Position numbers and translations under genes: made by a program. A stretch of DNA of 50,914 bases, taken from positions 1-50,914 of the forward strand of contig JBNJGY010000010.1 in NCBI GenBank assembly GCA_051748045.1. The letters run 5' to 3'. The notes beneath the pieces are model-generated. The model searched no databases and had not been told where the DNA came from. It worked only from the letters and a program-made list of their open reading frames with translations. Origin of the DNA: Thermotogota bacterium (GTDB taxonomy: Bacteria > Thermotogota > Thermotogae > Petrotogales > Petrotogaceae). The number at the start of each line of letters is the position of its first letter. The first letter of the stretch is position 1. Shown piece by piece: positions 36,308 to 45,774 of the stretch.

Positions 36308-37945
36308 TTATTTAATACCGTATCTATCTAATTTATAATACAAGTTTCTGACAGTTAATCCTAATTTTTTTGATGCTTCAGTTTTATTTCCATGACATAC
36401 TTCTAAAATTTCCATAATAATTCTTTTTTCATAATCCTCAACTAATTCTTTTAATGTTCCAGAATTTTTTTCTTTATTTTCTATTATTTCTGGTATATGA
36501 GAAGAAGTGATTATTGAATCATTATTCTCTAAATTAAGAATAGATCTATCTATAACATTTTCTAATTCTCTTATATTCCCATTCCAAGAATAATCCTTTA
36601 GTTTTGCTATCGCATCATCAGTAAAATCATAAATTACTCTACCATATTTTTGATTTAAAGAGTGTAATATTTGCCTAGCGAGTTTCGGGATATCTTTTGT
36701 TCTTTGTCTTAAAGGTGGAATATCTATTGTAACAACTGATATTTTATAATATATTTCTTTTGAAAATTTACCTAAACTAATTAATGTTTTTAAGTCTTCT
36801 GTTGTAGAGAAAATAAATCTAACATCTGGTTTTATATCAAAAAAATCACTTTCAAATTCGTTGTCTCTCAATAATTTCAATAATTTTTCTTGTGTTTCTT
36901 CTGATGCTTCATGAATATTTTCAATGAAAAGAGTTCCTTTATCTGCTAATGCTATATAGCTTTTTTCTCCAAATAACATTTCATTTTGCTTATTTTTCTG
37001 AATCATAGAAAGATTTATTTTTAAATAAGTATTTTCTTTTCTTTCAGAATAATTATGTATGGACTGGGCTAATATTTCTTTACCTACGCCATATTCTCCT
37101 TGAATTAAAACATTAACTTTTGTCTGTGATGCTTTTTGAGCTTGTTTTATAACATTTTTCATTTCATTTGATTCACTAACTATATCTTCAAAAGAATACC
37201 TTGCTTTTTCTTTTTTTAACATTCTTTTAGTAGCTTCAAGTTCATTCATCAATCTTTGAATTTCCGAGATATCATGAATAACTGCTACAGAGCCTTTAAA
37301 TTCATTTTTAACAAAGTAAGGTGTAACTGAAGCTAAAACATCTTTTTTACTACCTGCTACTTTTTTTCTTACGTTAAATATTGGTTTTTTTTCTCTTGCA
37401 CATTTAATATGTAAACTTTCACCTTCTTCAATGTCTATTGAAGCTGGCTTACCTATTACTTCTCTCGGAGTTAATCCTGTAATTTTAGTATAAGCTCTGT
37501 TAACCATTACAACTCTACCTTCTTGATCAGCTACTGATATTGCGTCAGTAGTAGAATCAATTATAGAAGTTAACATAGCTTCAATTTCTCTTAAGTTTGT
37601 TACTTCTTCCGCAAGTTTTTGTACAGTAGTTACGTCTCTAAAAACAGCTGCTGAAGCAATAGTCTCATCTTTATCATTTTTAATAGGAAATCTTGATGTT
37701 ATTATAACTTTATTCCCTAAATTTTGTAATCTATCAAGTTCAGATTCTCCTGTTCTTAAAATAATATGTAATCTGGTATTTGGTACTGTTTCAACAACAT
37801 TCTTATCTAAAACTGAACTTCTTTCCAAATCTAAAATTCTACAAGCTGAATCATTTATAAAAAAAAGATTTTCATGTTCATCTATAGCTATTACTCCTTC
37901 TTGTAGCTGATCTAGAATAGATTTGATTAATTCATCGTTGTTCAT
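36308..37945 (-). CDS. PAS-PAS-AAA+-Fis HTH regulator (degenerate sigma54 activator family)
   Basis: Two PAS domains, GEYGVGKE, PPLRQR, WNGNIRELEN, GNKTEASKKLGL...LYYKL; ATG 37945. Confidence 0.88.
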   Translation of the reverse strand: MNNDELIKSILDQLQEGVIAIDEHENLFFINDSACRILDLERSSVLDKNVVETVPNTRLHIILRTGESELDRLQNLGNKVIITSRFPIKNDKDETIASAAVFRDVTTVQKLAEEVTNLREIEAMLTSIIDSTTDAISVADQEGRVVMVNRAYTKITGLTPREVIGKPASIDIEEGESLHIKCAREKKPIFNVRKKVAGSKKDVLASVTPYFVKNEFKGSVAVIHDISEIQRLMNELEATKRMLKKEKARYSFEDIVSESNEMKNVIKQAQKASQTKVNVLIQGEYGVGKEILAQSIHNYSERKENTYLKINLSMIQKNKQNEMLFGEKSYIALADKGTLFIENIHEASEETQEKLLKLLRDNEFESDFFDIKPDVRFIFSTTEDLKTLISLGKFSKEIYYKISVVTIDIPPLRQRTKDIPKLARQILHSLNQKYGRVIYDFTDDAIAKLKDYSWNGNIRELENVIDRSILNLENNDSIITSSHIPEIIENKEKNSGTLKELVEDYEKRIIMEILEVCHGNKTEASKKLGLTVRNLYYKLDRYGIK

Positions 37946-38888
37946 TTTCCTCACCCCAATAAGATTTAAGTTTATGATGTTGAACCCAACCGTTACTTAG
38001 TTCTAAATCCCCCATATATTCGACGACTTCTTCATATTCTTCTTTATATAAAAATCTATTTAATTTTGGATATTCTTTAACTTCATTTACAGGAACATAT
38101 TGGTCCATAAGACTAATATATATTTCTTCAGATAATTCATATTTTATAAATTTCAGAGCTTCTTTAGCTTGGCTAATATGATTAGGAAGTACTAATATCC
38201 TTATAATCATACCCCTTTGAAGTATTCCATTTTCATCAATATGAAAATTATTTCCTATTTGATTATACATCATTTTGATTGATTTTTTAGCATTATCCCA
38301 ATATTTTTTTACATTTGAATATCTTTTAGCTAAAATATTACTAGTATATCTTATATCAGGTAAATATATGTCAACAACATCATTTAAAAGGGCTATTATT
38401 TCTGGGTTTTCATAAGAACTAGTATTCCATACTATAGGAAGCCTAAACCCTTTTTCTATAGCTAATATAAGTGCATCGAATATAAAAGGTAAATAAGGTG
38501 TAGCAGTTATAAGATCTAAATTTTTTGCTTTTTTTACATTTTGTATATCGAGATAAATTTCTGCTAGTTCTTCAACGGATCTAAATTTACCATTACCTTT
38601 TTGTGAAAATAAAAAATTTTGACAATAAACACACTTCATACTACAATTACTAAAAAAGACTCCTCCTGCTCCTGTATTTCCAGTTAATGGTGGTTCTTCT
38701 CCAGGATAAAGAACAAATTCTGAAATTTTAATTTTATTATCAGCTCCACATATTCCTGTTGAAACATTTCTGTTTGCATTGCATTTAATTGGACATAATG
38801 TACAATTGTTTATATGATTATATAATAAATCTCTTCTTTTATGTAATTCTCCAGAATTATATAATTTTATATAAGAAGGTACTTGCAT
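37932..38888 (-). CDS. Radical SAM protein, PflX-like
   Basis: CTLCPIKC, GEEP, FFSNCSMKCVYCQN, DIYLPD, RILVLP, MDQY; ATG 38888 follows GGAGG. Confidence 0.85.
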   Translation of the reverse strand: MQVPSYIKLYNSGELHKRRDLLYNHINNCTLCPIKCNANRNVSTGICGADNKIKISEFVLYPGEEPPLTGNTGAGGVFFSNCSMKCVYCQNFLFSQKGNGKFRSVEELAEIYLDIQNVKKAKNLDLITATPYLPFIFDALILAIEKGFRLPIVWNTSSYENPEIIALLNDVVDIYLPDIRYTSNILAKRYSNVKKYWDNAKKSIKMMYNQIGNNFHIDENGILQRGMIIRILVLPNHISQAKEALKFIKYELSEEIYISLMDQYVPVNEVKEYPKLNRFLYKEEYEEVVEYMGDLELSNGWVQHHKLKSYWGEENEQR

Positions 38889-38915
38889 ATATATTTCCTC
38901 CAAAAATTCGTTTTA

Positions 38916-39737
38916 TTATAAAGCGCAGCATTGAAAAGAATAATTAATAATAAAATTATTATTTTCAGCACGTTTAATAGTGTTATTAATTGGTTGAACA
39001 ATTTTATCCATATATTTTAATGACATTTTTTGTAATTCTTTTTTATATGTACCTTTAGGTTGCATGCATCCAAGAGTTAATTTTATATCAGGAAATTCTT
39101 TTCTATATAATTTCATAATTTTTTCTACTTCATTTAAAATTGGTGGATTCTTTTTTTCATAAAAAGTATCTTTTGTTGGTATGAAAATAATAAAAATTAA
39201 CTCATCTAATTTATTAAAAGAATTTTTTAAAATTTTTATTGCATCATATTCATGATTAATTTGTCCACCTTCTAAACCAATAGTGATATGTGGTTTTACA
39301 TTGAAATTATTGTTCATTAGTGTATAAAAGCTAGAGATCATTTCTTTATAATAATTATTATTATATACATTTTTATATACTGACTCACTTCCAACAATAT
39401 CGAAAGAAATAGAATCATGTAACTTATATAATTTTGAAATATATTCATCATTATTATCAATAATACCTGTATGTATATTGTATTTTAAATTATATTTTTG
39501 TTTCAAGGTATATAATTTATTGTAGTGTTCTATAATCGGGACCTCTATTTTTGAATTCATACCTCCACTTATTAAAAAAGATTTAAATCCCTCAATAGAT
39601 AATTCTTCAATATCAGATATAGAATTCATATCTTTAAGATAGTGTTTATTACAATGTTTACAATTCAAATAACAATAATTATTTGTTGTAGAAATAGATT
39701 TTGTCTCTCTTAATTTTACAAATTCAATATTTTTCAA
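38916..39737 (-). CDS. BioB-related radical SAM protein, LipS1-like
   Basis: CYLNCKHC, LISGG, HTG, PHITIGL, LGCMQP, C-terminal CC. Confidence 0.75.
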   Translation of the reverse strand: MKNIEFVKLRETKSISTTNNYCYLNCKHCNKHYLKDMNSISDIEELSIEGFKSFLISGGMNSKIEVPIIEHYNKLYTLKQKYNLKYNIHTGIIDNNDEYISKLYKLHDSISFDIVGSESVYKNVYNNNYYKEMISSFYTLMNNNFNVKPHITIGLEGGQINHEYDAIKILKNSFNKLDELIFIIFIPTKDTFYEKKNPPILNEVEKIMKLYRKEFPDIKLTLGCMQPKGTYKKELQKMSLKYMDKIVQPINNTIKRAENNNFIINYSFQCCAL

Positions 39738-40474
39738 TTTTCATTCTTCCCTTTTAATAGTTTATTGCAAGCTTGTTTTGCTGCTAATTGTTCAGCTATT
39801 TTTTTTGAATGTCCTTCGCCAATTCCTAAAATATCTTCATTTATTTTTACTGCGATCTTATAGAATTTTATATGAGAAGGTCCATGAGAGTTTATTACTT
39901 CATATTCTGGTAAAGCTTTATATATTTCTTGAGTAATTTCTTGTAATTTTGTTTTATGGTCTAAAAACAATTCTCCTCTTACAGCTTTTTTAATGTAAGG
40001 GATTAATCTTTTTAACACATATTCTTTTGTATATTCATATCCCAAAGATAGATATATCGAAGCGAATAAAGATTCTATAGCATCTGCGAGAATAGAATGT
40101 TTTTCTCTACCCCCGTGTTTATCCTCTCCTGTGCCTAAAAGAATAAACTTATTTAAATTAATTTTTTTAGCTACTTCTGTTAGTATTAATTCAGATGCAA
40201 CTGTAGCTCTAATCTTCGACATATCTCCCTCTGAAAGATTAAACTTATTAAAAAGGAACTCGGAGATTATGAGTTCTAAAACTGAATCTCCGAGAAATTC
40301 CAATCTTTCATTAGATTTTAATTTTCTTCCTTTATTTTCTTTTTCAAATACAAAAGAAGTATGACATAAAGCGTTGAATAAAATATCTTTATCCATATTT
40401 TGTGGTAATTTTAATGATTTTATAGCTTTTTCAACGTTTTTTAATTCTTTTTTTGTCATATTACTTTGATTCAT
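39734..40474 (-). CDS. rnc: Ribonuclease III
   Basis: NERLEFLGDSVL, ADAIES, dsRBD DHKTKLQE...SKKIAEQLAA. Confidence 0.97.
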   Translation of the reverse strand: MNQSNMTKKELKNVEKAIKSLKLPQNMDKDILFNALCHTSFVFEKENKGRKLKSNERLEFLGDSVLELIISEFLFNKFNLSEGDMSKIRATVASELILTEVAKKINLNKFILLGTGEDKHGGREKHSILADAIESLFASIYLSLGYEYTKEYVLKRLIPYIKKAVRGELFLDHKTKLQEITQEIYKALPEYEVINSHGPSHIKFYKIAVKINEDILGIGEGHSKKIAEQLAAKQACNKLLKGKNEN

Positions 40475-42360
40475 TAATATAACTCCTTAATCATGTTTGA
40501 AATACTAACAACATCTAAATTATTTTGTTTTTGAATCAATTTAGACGATCCAGAAGCAGCATAATTATTATATCCTAAGTTGATAAATTTTTTAACAGGT
40601 ATTCCGTTGTTTATTAATGTTCTGGATATTTCATTTGCTATTCCATTATTAACGTTATGATCTTCTAATGTTATTACTATTTTATTTTTTAGATATGGAA
40701 TTATTTTTTCTTCATCAAATTCTAAAGGAGTTGGTATACCAATAACATTAATATTTATATTTTCCTTTTTTAATTCGTCAGAAACTTTTACAGCAGTATT
40801 TGTATAAGTTCCATAAGATATCAAAGTAATGTCTTCTCCTTTTCTTAATATATCAACATCTCCATATTTAAATTCGTAGTTATCTCCATAGAATACATTA
40901 CCATTTTCATCTAAAATTATATCTAATTTTGATCTTCCCATTGTTATAACTACATTTCCGTCATAAGCTGCTGCATATCTTACAGCTCTATCTGTTTGGT
41001 TAGGATCATTTGGTACTATTAATTTAGTATTGTATAAGCTTCTTGTAAGGCCTATATAATTAACTTCTTGATGTGTTTTACCATCTTCACCTACATCAGT
41101 ACCAGAATGTGTAATTGCAGTTTTTAAATTTGTATGATTTATGTCATTCAATCTTTGCTGATTGAAAGGTTCATCTAAACCAAATACTCCAAAATCAGCA
41201 AAAAATGTTAAAACACCAGAAGTAGACATAGAACCTGCTATAGTTGCAGCGTTATGTTCTTGGATACCAATTTGTATATATCCTTCAGGGTTGACTTCTT
41301 TAAACTTAGCTAATTTTACTGAAGGTAAAAGATCACAATCTAATGCCGCCACAGGAAATTTTTCTTTATTTATTTTAGCTAAATCAGCAACTGCATTTCC
41401 AAAAGCTGATCTATTATCAATTTTTTTATCTTTTTGATAAATCGTTGGAGTTCCTTGATCTACATCTAATTTAATATTTGGATATGAAACTTTTACTTTT
41501 TTTAAACTTAAATTTTCTCTCATTACTCTATATTTTTCTATATCATTTTCAATATTTAATTCTTTTAGAGCTTTTTCAAGTTCATCATCAGATAAAGCAG
41601 CACCATGGTATTCATGTCTATTTTCCATGAAAGATACACCTTTACCAATTATGGTGTTTGCTATTATAACAGTAGGGCCTAATTTGTTTTCTTCAGCTAT
41701 TTCTAAAGATTCATTTATTTGAGTTAAATTATGACCATCTATTTCTATAATATTCCAACCAGCTGAAATATATTCTTCTTTAATATTTACAGGTAAAACA
41801 TCTCTAGCTCTTCCAGAAATTTGAATGTCGTTATAATCAACTAAAACAATTAAATTATTTAGATTTTCTTTTTTGGCAGTTCTTCTGGCTTCTGCTAATT
41901 GGCCTTTTGGGCTTTCTCCATCACTTGAAAAAACATAAACTTTAGAATCATCATTTCTCATTTTTGCAGCTAACGCAAAACCTACTCCTGTTGATAACCC
42001 TTGCCCTAGATTACCTGTAGACCATTCTACTCCAGGTATACCTCTGGTAACATGTCCTTCAAAAATAGAACCAGGATGCCTAAATCCACTTATTACATCA
42101 TCAATTGCAAAGAAACCTAATCTTGCCAAAGAAGAGTAAATACCAGGAGATGTATGACCATGTGATACAACAGTTTTATCTCTTTTATTTTCAAAAGGTT
42201 TTTTTGGATCAATATTTGCTCTATTATAAACAGATAAAAATAATTCTAATGAAGACATAGATCCTCCCGGATGTCCAGAAGATGCGACTGATGTCATCTT
42301 CAAAATATCTCCTCTACATAATCTTGCTATTTCTTTTAATTCGCTTAAACTATTTTTCAA
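40474..42360 (-). CDS. tkt: Transketolase
   Basis: SGHPGGSMS, SHGH, STGNLGQG, SDGE, GKGVSFME, GIQEHN, VGEDGKTHQ. Confidence 0.9.
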   Translation of the reverse strand: MKNSLSELKEIARLCRGDILKMTSVASSGHPGGSMSSLELFLSVYNRANIDPKKPFENKRDKTVVSHGHTSPGIYSSLARLGFFAIDDVISGFRHPGSIFEGHVTRGIPGVEWSTGNLGQGLSTGVGFALAAKMRNDDSKVYVFSSDGESPKGQLAEARRTAKKENLNNLIVLVDYNDIQISGRARDVLPVNIKEEYISAGWNIIEIDGHNLTQINESLEIAEENKLGPTVIIANTIIGKGVSFMENRHEYHGAALSDDELEKALKELNIENDIEKYRVMRENLSLKKVKVSYPNIKLDVDQGTPTIYQKDKKIDNRSAFGNAVADLAKINKEKFPVAALDCDLLPSVKLAKFKEVNPEGYIQIGIQEHNAATIAGSMSTSGVLTFFADFGVFGLDEPFNQQRLNDINHTNLKTAITHSGTDVGEDGKTHQEVNYIGLTRSLYNTKLIVPNDPNQTDRAVRYAAAYDGNVVITMGRSKLDIILDENGNVFYGDNYEFKYGDVDILRKGEDITLISYGTYTNTAVKVSDELKKENININVIGIPTPLEFDEEKIIPYLKNKIVITLEDHNVNNGIANEISRTLINNGIPVKKFINLGYNNYAASGSSKLIQKQNNLDVVSISNMIKELY

Positions 42361-42377
42361 AACAGAACACCTCCATT

Positions 42378-43223
42378 TTATTCTTTTTCTATTTTTTCAT
42401 CTAAATTATTAAAATATTGAAAAGGTACTTTAATTAGTATTGGTTGATTTTCTTCAATTACCTGTAACGTGACTTCTTTTAAGAAAACATTTACAGTTAT
42501 AACTTTTGCTGGTTTATTGTCATATTCAATAGTTGAATTTTCATTTGGTACATTTCTTAGAACCTCTTCATAAAAATCATTTTCATATTTTAAACAGCAT
42601 AATAATTTTCCGCACCTACCAGATATTTTCGCAGTGTTAATCATCATTTGTTGGGTTTTCGCTAACTCCATTTTTATAGATGAGAATTCTCTTAAAAATC
42701 TAGCACAACATGCAACTTGACCACAAAGTCCTAATGAGCCTTTCATTTTAACTTCGTCTCTTATACCAACTTGCCTTAATTCTATTCTAACCTTGTATTT
42801 TTTAGCTAATATCTTTACTAATTCTCTGAAATCAACTCTTGAATCAGCACCAAAAAATATAATTAATTTTGATTTATCAAATGTATACTTAGCTTTTAAT
42901 ACTCTCATATCTAAATTTAATTCTTCAGATTTTTCTTGAGTGAAATGTTTTACATCATTTGCATCTTTTAAATTACTCTCATGTAATTGTTTATCTTCTT
43001 CAGTTAGCTTTCTTATAATGGGTGTAGGGTCATTATCTAAGTCATCTATATTTCTTTCTTTTAAAGGACTTATTATTTTTCCTACTTCTAATCCCAAATC
43101 AGAATTTACCAAAACAAGATCATTTATATTAAATTCTTCTGTTGGATCACTTGGTGTATAAAAATACATTTTATCTTTTTTCATAAGCTCAACACCATAA
43201 ACATTTATTTGTAAATCTGGCAT
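42378..43223 (-). CDS. ricT: RicT/YaaT (PSP1 domain) Fe-S protein
   Basis: RVDFRELVK, RIELRQVG.RD, GLCGQVACC, ISGRCGKLLCCLKYE. Confidence 0.9.
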   Translation of the reverse strand: MPDLQINVYGVELMKKDKMYFYTPSDPTEEFNINDLVLVNSDLGLEVGKIISPLKERNIDDLDNDPTPIIRKLTEEDKQLHESNLKDANDVKHFTQEKSEELNLDMRVLKAKYTFDKSKLIIFFGADSRVDFRELVKILAKKYKVRIELRQVGIRDEVKMKGSLGLCGQVACCARFLREFSSIKMELAKTQQMMINTAKISGRCGKLLCCLKYENDFYEEVLRNVPNENSTIEYDNKPAKVITVNVFLKEVTLQVIEENQPILIKVPFQYFNNLDEKIEKE

Positions 43224-43234
43224 ATTAAATCCTC

Positions 43235-44236
43235 CTATTTTTTTGAATAAGCCTCATTAAGTCTAACAAAATGATTAATAATTTCCAAAGGAAAATTATG
43301 ATTTGATAAAGATGAATTAATAATTTTATTGTTATATTTATAGGTATCTAAAATTATTTTTGTTTTAAAAACATATTCTTCTATTCCAAAAAATTCTATA
43401 AAATCATAATTATACATGTATTTCCATTTATTGGTTAATTTTGAAATTAAAGAGTCATGAATGAATATATTTGATAGTAGAGATATCATCTGTAAATACT
43501 CTAATGGATTTTCAAGATTTTTTTTAATATCTTTTAGATTATTTATAGTTTTTAAGAGAAATTCATTATTGTTTTCAGTGATTATTTTTTTTATAATATA
43601 ATAATATGAATAAATAAATATCGCTTTATTTTTTGTGTCCGATTTAAATTTTTTAATATTTTTTAGTGCTTTTTCATAGTTGATCTCTTTTAGATTATTT
43701 ATAAAATCATCTAAGTCTTGTTCATTCATATTATTAAAAAAATCTACGTATTCAAGACCTAAAGAACTATATAAGTTAAACATTTTTATGTTTTTATCTT
43801 TTATTTTAGAAAAAAGATGGATTTCTTCTTTAGGAAAAGGGATATCAAACCTCGTCAAACGACTTTTTGTAGTAGATAACAAGTCATTCCAAGAATTTGT
43901 GTGGGTAATTATAACAGCGAAACTAGGGGGTTCTTCTAAAACTTTTAATAATGAATTTTCTGCTTGATCATTAAGTTTATCGATTTCATTGATTAAAACA
44001 ATTTTTATTTTTGAATAATTAGGTTTATATTTTAAAAAATCGTGAATATCTCTAATTTGATCGATTTTTATATTACCCTTATTTGGTTTAATATCTAATA
44101 AATCTAGTTTATTAAAATTATTAAGTTCATCTATTTTCTTTTCTATAAATTTTTTATTGTTATAAACTTCTAAAGAATGAAAACATATAGAATTTCCCGC
44201 AAAATTATCTATTTTCATTTCAAAAATTGAACTCAT
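43235..44236 (-). CDS. holB: DNA polymerase III subunit delta-prime
   Basis: IKIDQIRD, AENSLLKVLEEPP, LLSTTKSR; yaaR-holB-yaaT synteny. Confidence 0.82.
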   Translation of the reverse strand: MSSIFEMKIDNFAGNSICFHSLEVYNNKKFIEKKIDELNNFNKLDLLDIKPNKGNIKIDQIRDIHDFLKYKPNYSKIKIVLINEIDKLNDQAENSLLKVLEEPPSFAVIITHTNSWNDLLSTTKSRLTRFDIPFPKEEIHLFSKIKDKNIKMFNLYSSLGLEYVDFFNNMNEQDLDDFINNLKEINYEKALKNIKKFKSDTKNKAIFIYSYYYIIKKIITENNNEFLLKTINNLKDIKKNLENPLEYLQMISLLSNIFIHDSLISKLTNKWKYMYNYDFIEFFGIEEYVFKTKIILDTYKYNNKIINSSLSNHNFPLEIINHFVRLNEAYSKK

Positions 44237-44246
44237 AAAAATCTCC

Positions 44247-44711
44247 TTATCTATATAAATCTAGTAAAAGACCGTTAATTTCTTCAACTCTTGAGGCGTA
44301 AAAAAGAGTATTTTTTTCTTTAATCATTACTGCATCTGTTATTTCTTTTATTTTATTATCTACTACTTCTGCTATAACGTGTAATCTTGGTGAATCATTT
44401 TCCATGTCTATATCTTCTTTAACTTTATATAATTTTTTTTCTATTTTTTTCAAAAATTCTTTTATTGAGTGTTTATAATTTTTTAAATTATTCTGTGTTG
44501 GGGACTTAACAAATCTATTTCCAAAATTTAGTATTTCATCCATTAATTTTTTTATTTCTTTTTCTGAGATCTTGTATTCTGTGTTACTCAAAATATCAAA
44601 AAATCCATCTTCAATAGATTTACTATTAGTAGAAGATGTTTTTTTTCTTTTAGATTTTTTTGTTTTTTTTGAATTTTCTGATTTATTATTACCTGTGGGG
44701 TTGATATACAT
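44247..44711 (-). CDS. yaaR: YaaR/DUF327 family protein
   Basis: G.RF..SPT...L..YK..IK.FL and EEINGLLLDL; upstream of holB. Confidence 0.8.
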   Translation of the reverse strand: MYINPTGNNKSENSKKTKKSKRKKTSSTNSKSIEDGFFDILSNTEYKISEKEIKKLMDEILNFGNRFVKSPTQNNLKNYKHSIKEFLKKIEKKLYKVKEDIDMENDSPRLHVIAEVVDNKIKEITDAVMIKEKNTLFYASRVEEINGLLLDLYR

Positions 44712-45764
44712 TTATACCACCTCTATATAATTTTCTATTATTTCAGTTAGCTTTTTCTCAATATCTTCTTTTTTAACATTTTCTATTAGTTTACCTTTTT
44801 TGAATATTGCAGCAGATTGTCTACTACCAGCTATTGCTATATCAGCATGTTTAGCTTCTCCTGGCCCATTCACTACACATCCCATTACAGCAATAGTAAT
44901 ATTTTTTTCTAAATTTTCAAATTTTTTTGTTATAAGTTTAACTTTATTTGTTAAATCTTCTATATTTATTTCTGTTCTTGCACAAGTTGGACAAGATATA
45001 ACTTTAATTCCTTTTCTTAGTCCCAAAGTTGTTAAGAGCTTTTTTGCTGCTAATACTTCATTAACAGGATTACCTGAAATTGAAATTCTGATGGTATCTC
45101 CTATATTATTTAATAATAAAGCTCCTATTCCTGCAGAAGAGGATATTATAGAATCTTCATAAACCCCGGCTTCTGTGACACCTAGGTGCAAAGGATATTC
45201 TATTTTTTCAGAGATAATTTTATTAGATAAATAAGTTTGCCTAACATCAGAAGATTTCATAGAAATAACTATATCATTAAATCCATTTTGTTCTAACAAT
45301 CTTACTTGATATAAAGCACTATTAACCATAGCCATTTCTATTGTATCATCTTCAAAGCGTTTATCTAAAGACCCAGAATTTGCGCCGACTCTTATAGGGG
45401 TTTTATATTCTTTAGCTACTTTAACAACTTCTTTTACTTTCCAATCAGAACCTATATTACCAGGATTCAATCTGATTTTTGCAATTCCTGCTTTTATAGC
45501 ATCAATTGCTATTTTATAGTCAAAATGAATATCTGCTATTAGAGGAACAGGAGATTTTTTAACTAATTTTTTTAATGTGATTATATCTTCTAGATTTCTT
45601 ATAGATAACCTTATTAACTCAGCCCCTGCTGCGTTTAGTTGTTTGATCTGATTGATTGTTGAGTCAAAATCCGATGAATCTGTATTAGTCATAGTTTGGA
45701 TTACAACAGGATAATCTCCACCAATTTTTATATTTGAAACATTTACAAATTTTTCTGAAAACAT
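44712..45764 (-). CDS. ispG: HMBPP synthase
   Basis: QTMTNT, ADIHFD, RLNPGNIG, HLGVTEAG, SCPTCAR, MGCVVNGPGE; ATG 45764. Confidence 0.96.
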   Translation of the reverse strand: MFSEKFVNVSNIKIGGDYPVVIQTMTNTDSSDFDSTINQIKQLNAAGAELIRLSIRNLEDIITLKKLVKKSPVPLIADIHFDYKIAIDAIKAGIAKIRLNPGNIGSDWKVKEVVKVAKEYKTPIRVGANSGSLDKRFEDDTIEMAMVNSALYQVRLLEQNGFNDIVISMKSSDVRQTYLSNKIISEKIEYPLHLGVTEAGVYEDSIISSSAGIGALLLNNIGDTIRISISGNPVNEVLAAKKLLTTLGLRKGIKVISCPTCARTEINIEDLTNKVKLITKKFENLEKNITIAVMGCVVNGPGEAKHADIAIAGSRQSAAIFKKGKLIENVKKEDIEKKLTEIIENYIEVV

Positions 45765-45774
45765 AATATCAACC

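Noticed and set aside
40474-42360. DXP synthase (dxs), given the MEP-pathway operon context
   Set aside because: Motifs are transketolase-type (SGHPGG, SHGH, TGNLGQG); the DXS DVGHQ motif is absent.
8593-45162. Other short ORFs antisense to confident genes (e.g. 8593, 10009, 14002, 16748, 27534, 29357, 30115, 30894, 41162, 44800)
   Set aside because: They overlap well-supported genes, show no recognisable motifs, and none resembles a toxin partner for Phd.
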